Below are positions 63,253-64,000 of a stretch of DNA of 64,000 bases, piece after piece (position 1 is the first letter of the stretch; each line of letters opens with the position of its first letter). A model generated the notes under the pieces. That model made no database searches. It was given only the letters and a program-made list of their open reading frames with translations, and had not been told where the DNA came from. The stretch is from Eledone cirrhosa. Lineage: Eukaryota. The position numbers and the translations under genes were made by a program. The DNA is taken from NCBI GenBank assembly GCA_964016885.1, contig OZ024740.1, positions 89,714,001-89,778,000 on the forward strand. Direction: 5' to 3'.

Positions 63253-63320
63253 TAGGAACAAGTTTAACCCCGACGGCAGGGGCTCAAGCCGTTTCGACGG
63301 CTATTTCTGGACTAAACTAT
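63253..63320 (-). repeat. Third copy of the 7399/36259 repeat terminus; element probably continues rightwards
   Basis: Reverse complement reads TTAGTCCAGAAATAGCCGTCGAAACGGCTTGAGC..TGCCGTCGGGGTTAAAC, abutting (TA)n. Confidence 0.75.
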
Positions 63321-64000
63321 AATTTTTACCGTGGTAATATATAGCCGAACATTTCAAGGTGTAATTCCTTATATGGGAAGATTGTAGTTGTCAAAAGGAT
63401 TTGTCAAAATGTCTGTTAAACACAATTAAGTCTTTCTCGGTGGTAGGTGGGAGGTGGGGGTGGTTGAACTTGCCCGTATAACAATGAGGGAGTGGGTGCA
63501 GCCGGTCAGCGTTGAAAGTGAATTCAATACAGGAAATTCTACGGAGTGTGTATGAAATTAGGCTAGGTAGAAAGCAGGCGAAAATGAATTCTGGGGGAAT
63601 TTCAGAGGGGGACGTTATATATTTAAAAGATTAATAAACTGAGATTAAAAGATAATACATAAAAAAATAATTATAAAAAATTAAATAGTAACAAATAATA
63701 AAAAATGTTCCGGAGTATAAAGCAGCTGCTATATTTTTAGCGGGTATCGCCTTTTCCGCCAATGCTATATAGCATTTACTGGGGTGGGGGCACTGATACT
63801 ACAGAGGAAAAAGGAAAAGAAATGGGAGAGGGATTGGAAGGAAGTGAAAACAAGAGATAAAAGGAAACAGAAAAGAAGTATATCTACCTATGTATGCTGG
63901 GGTTTCTCCTATCCTGTTTGGCAAGTGGAGCACAGAAGGATGTGCAGCCATTTTCTACCCACCCGGATCATGAGGGGCTTTGAGGGCGAGGTAAGTCCTA

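Overview
This is an AT-rich, repeat-dominated eukaryotic window with no host protein-coding gene that I can support. The SINE families and very long (TA)n/(TATG)n tracts suggest an invertebrate, probably octopus-like, genome (inference). It contains a decayed autonomous Helitron (1-2.3 kb) and a complete non-autonomous Helitron (59016-59855) whose empty site is visible in a paralogous repeat. It also holds two Penelope-like elements (PLEs) of Naiad type (RT + C-terminal GIY-YIG) with inverted pseudo-LTRs and several solo 3' ends, one decayed Gypsy LTR element (51327-54875), CRE-, RTE- and probably Tx1/L1-type LINE fragments, tRNA-derived SINEs, and multi-kb TA microsatellites with a 200-N gap. 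The most interesting signal is RNA. A young 590-bp-period non-coding repeat at 31.5-32.8 kb carries three identical copies of an unusual type I hammerhead ribozyme fold (U3-A8 covariant core, 44-nt loop II, palindromic stem III), i.e. a retrozyme-like module that could release a 590-nt RNA. Next to it is a PLE with its own compact hammerhead at 32929-32975. All folds were read by eye and none was computed.
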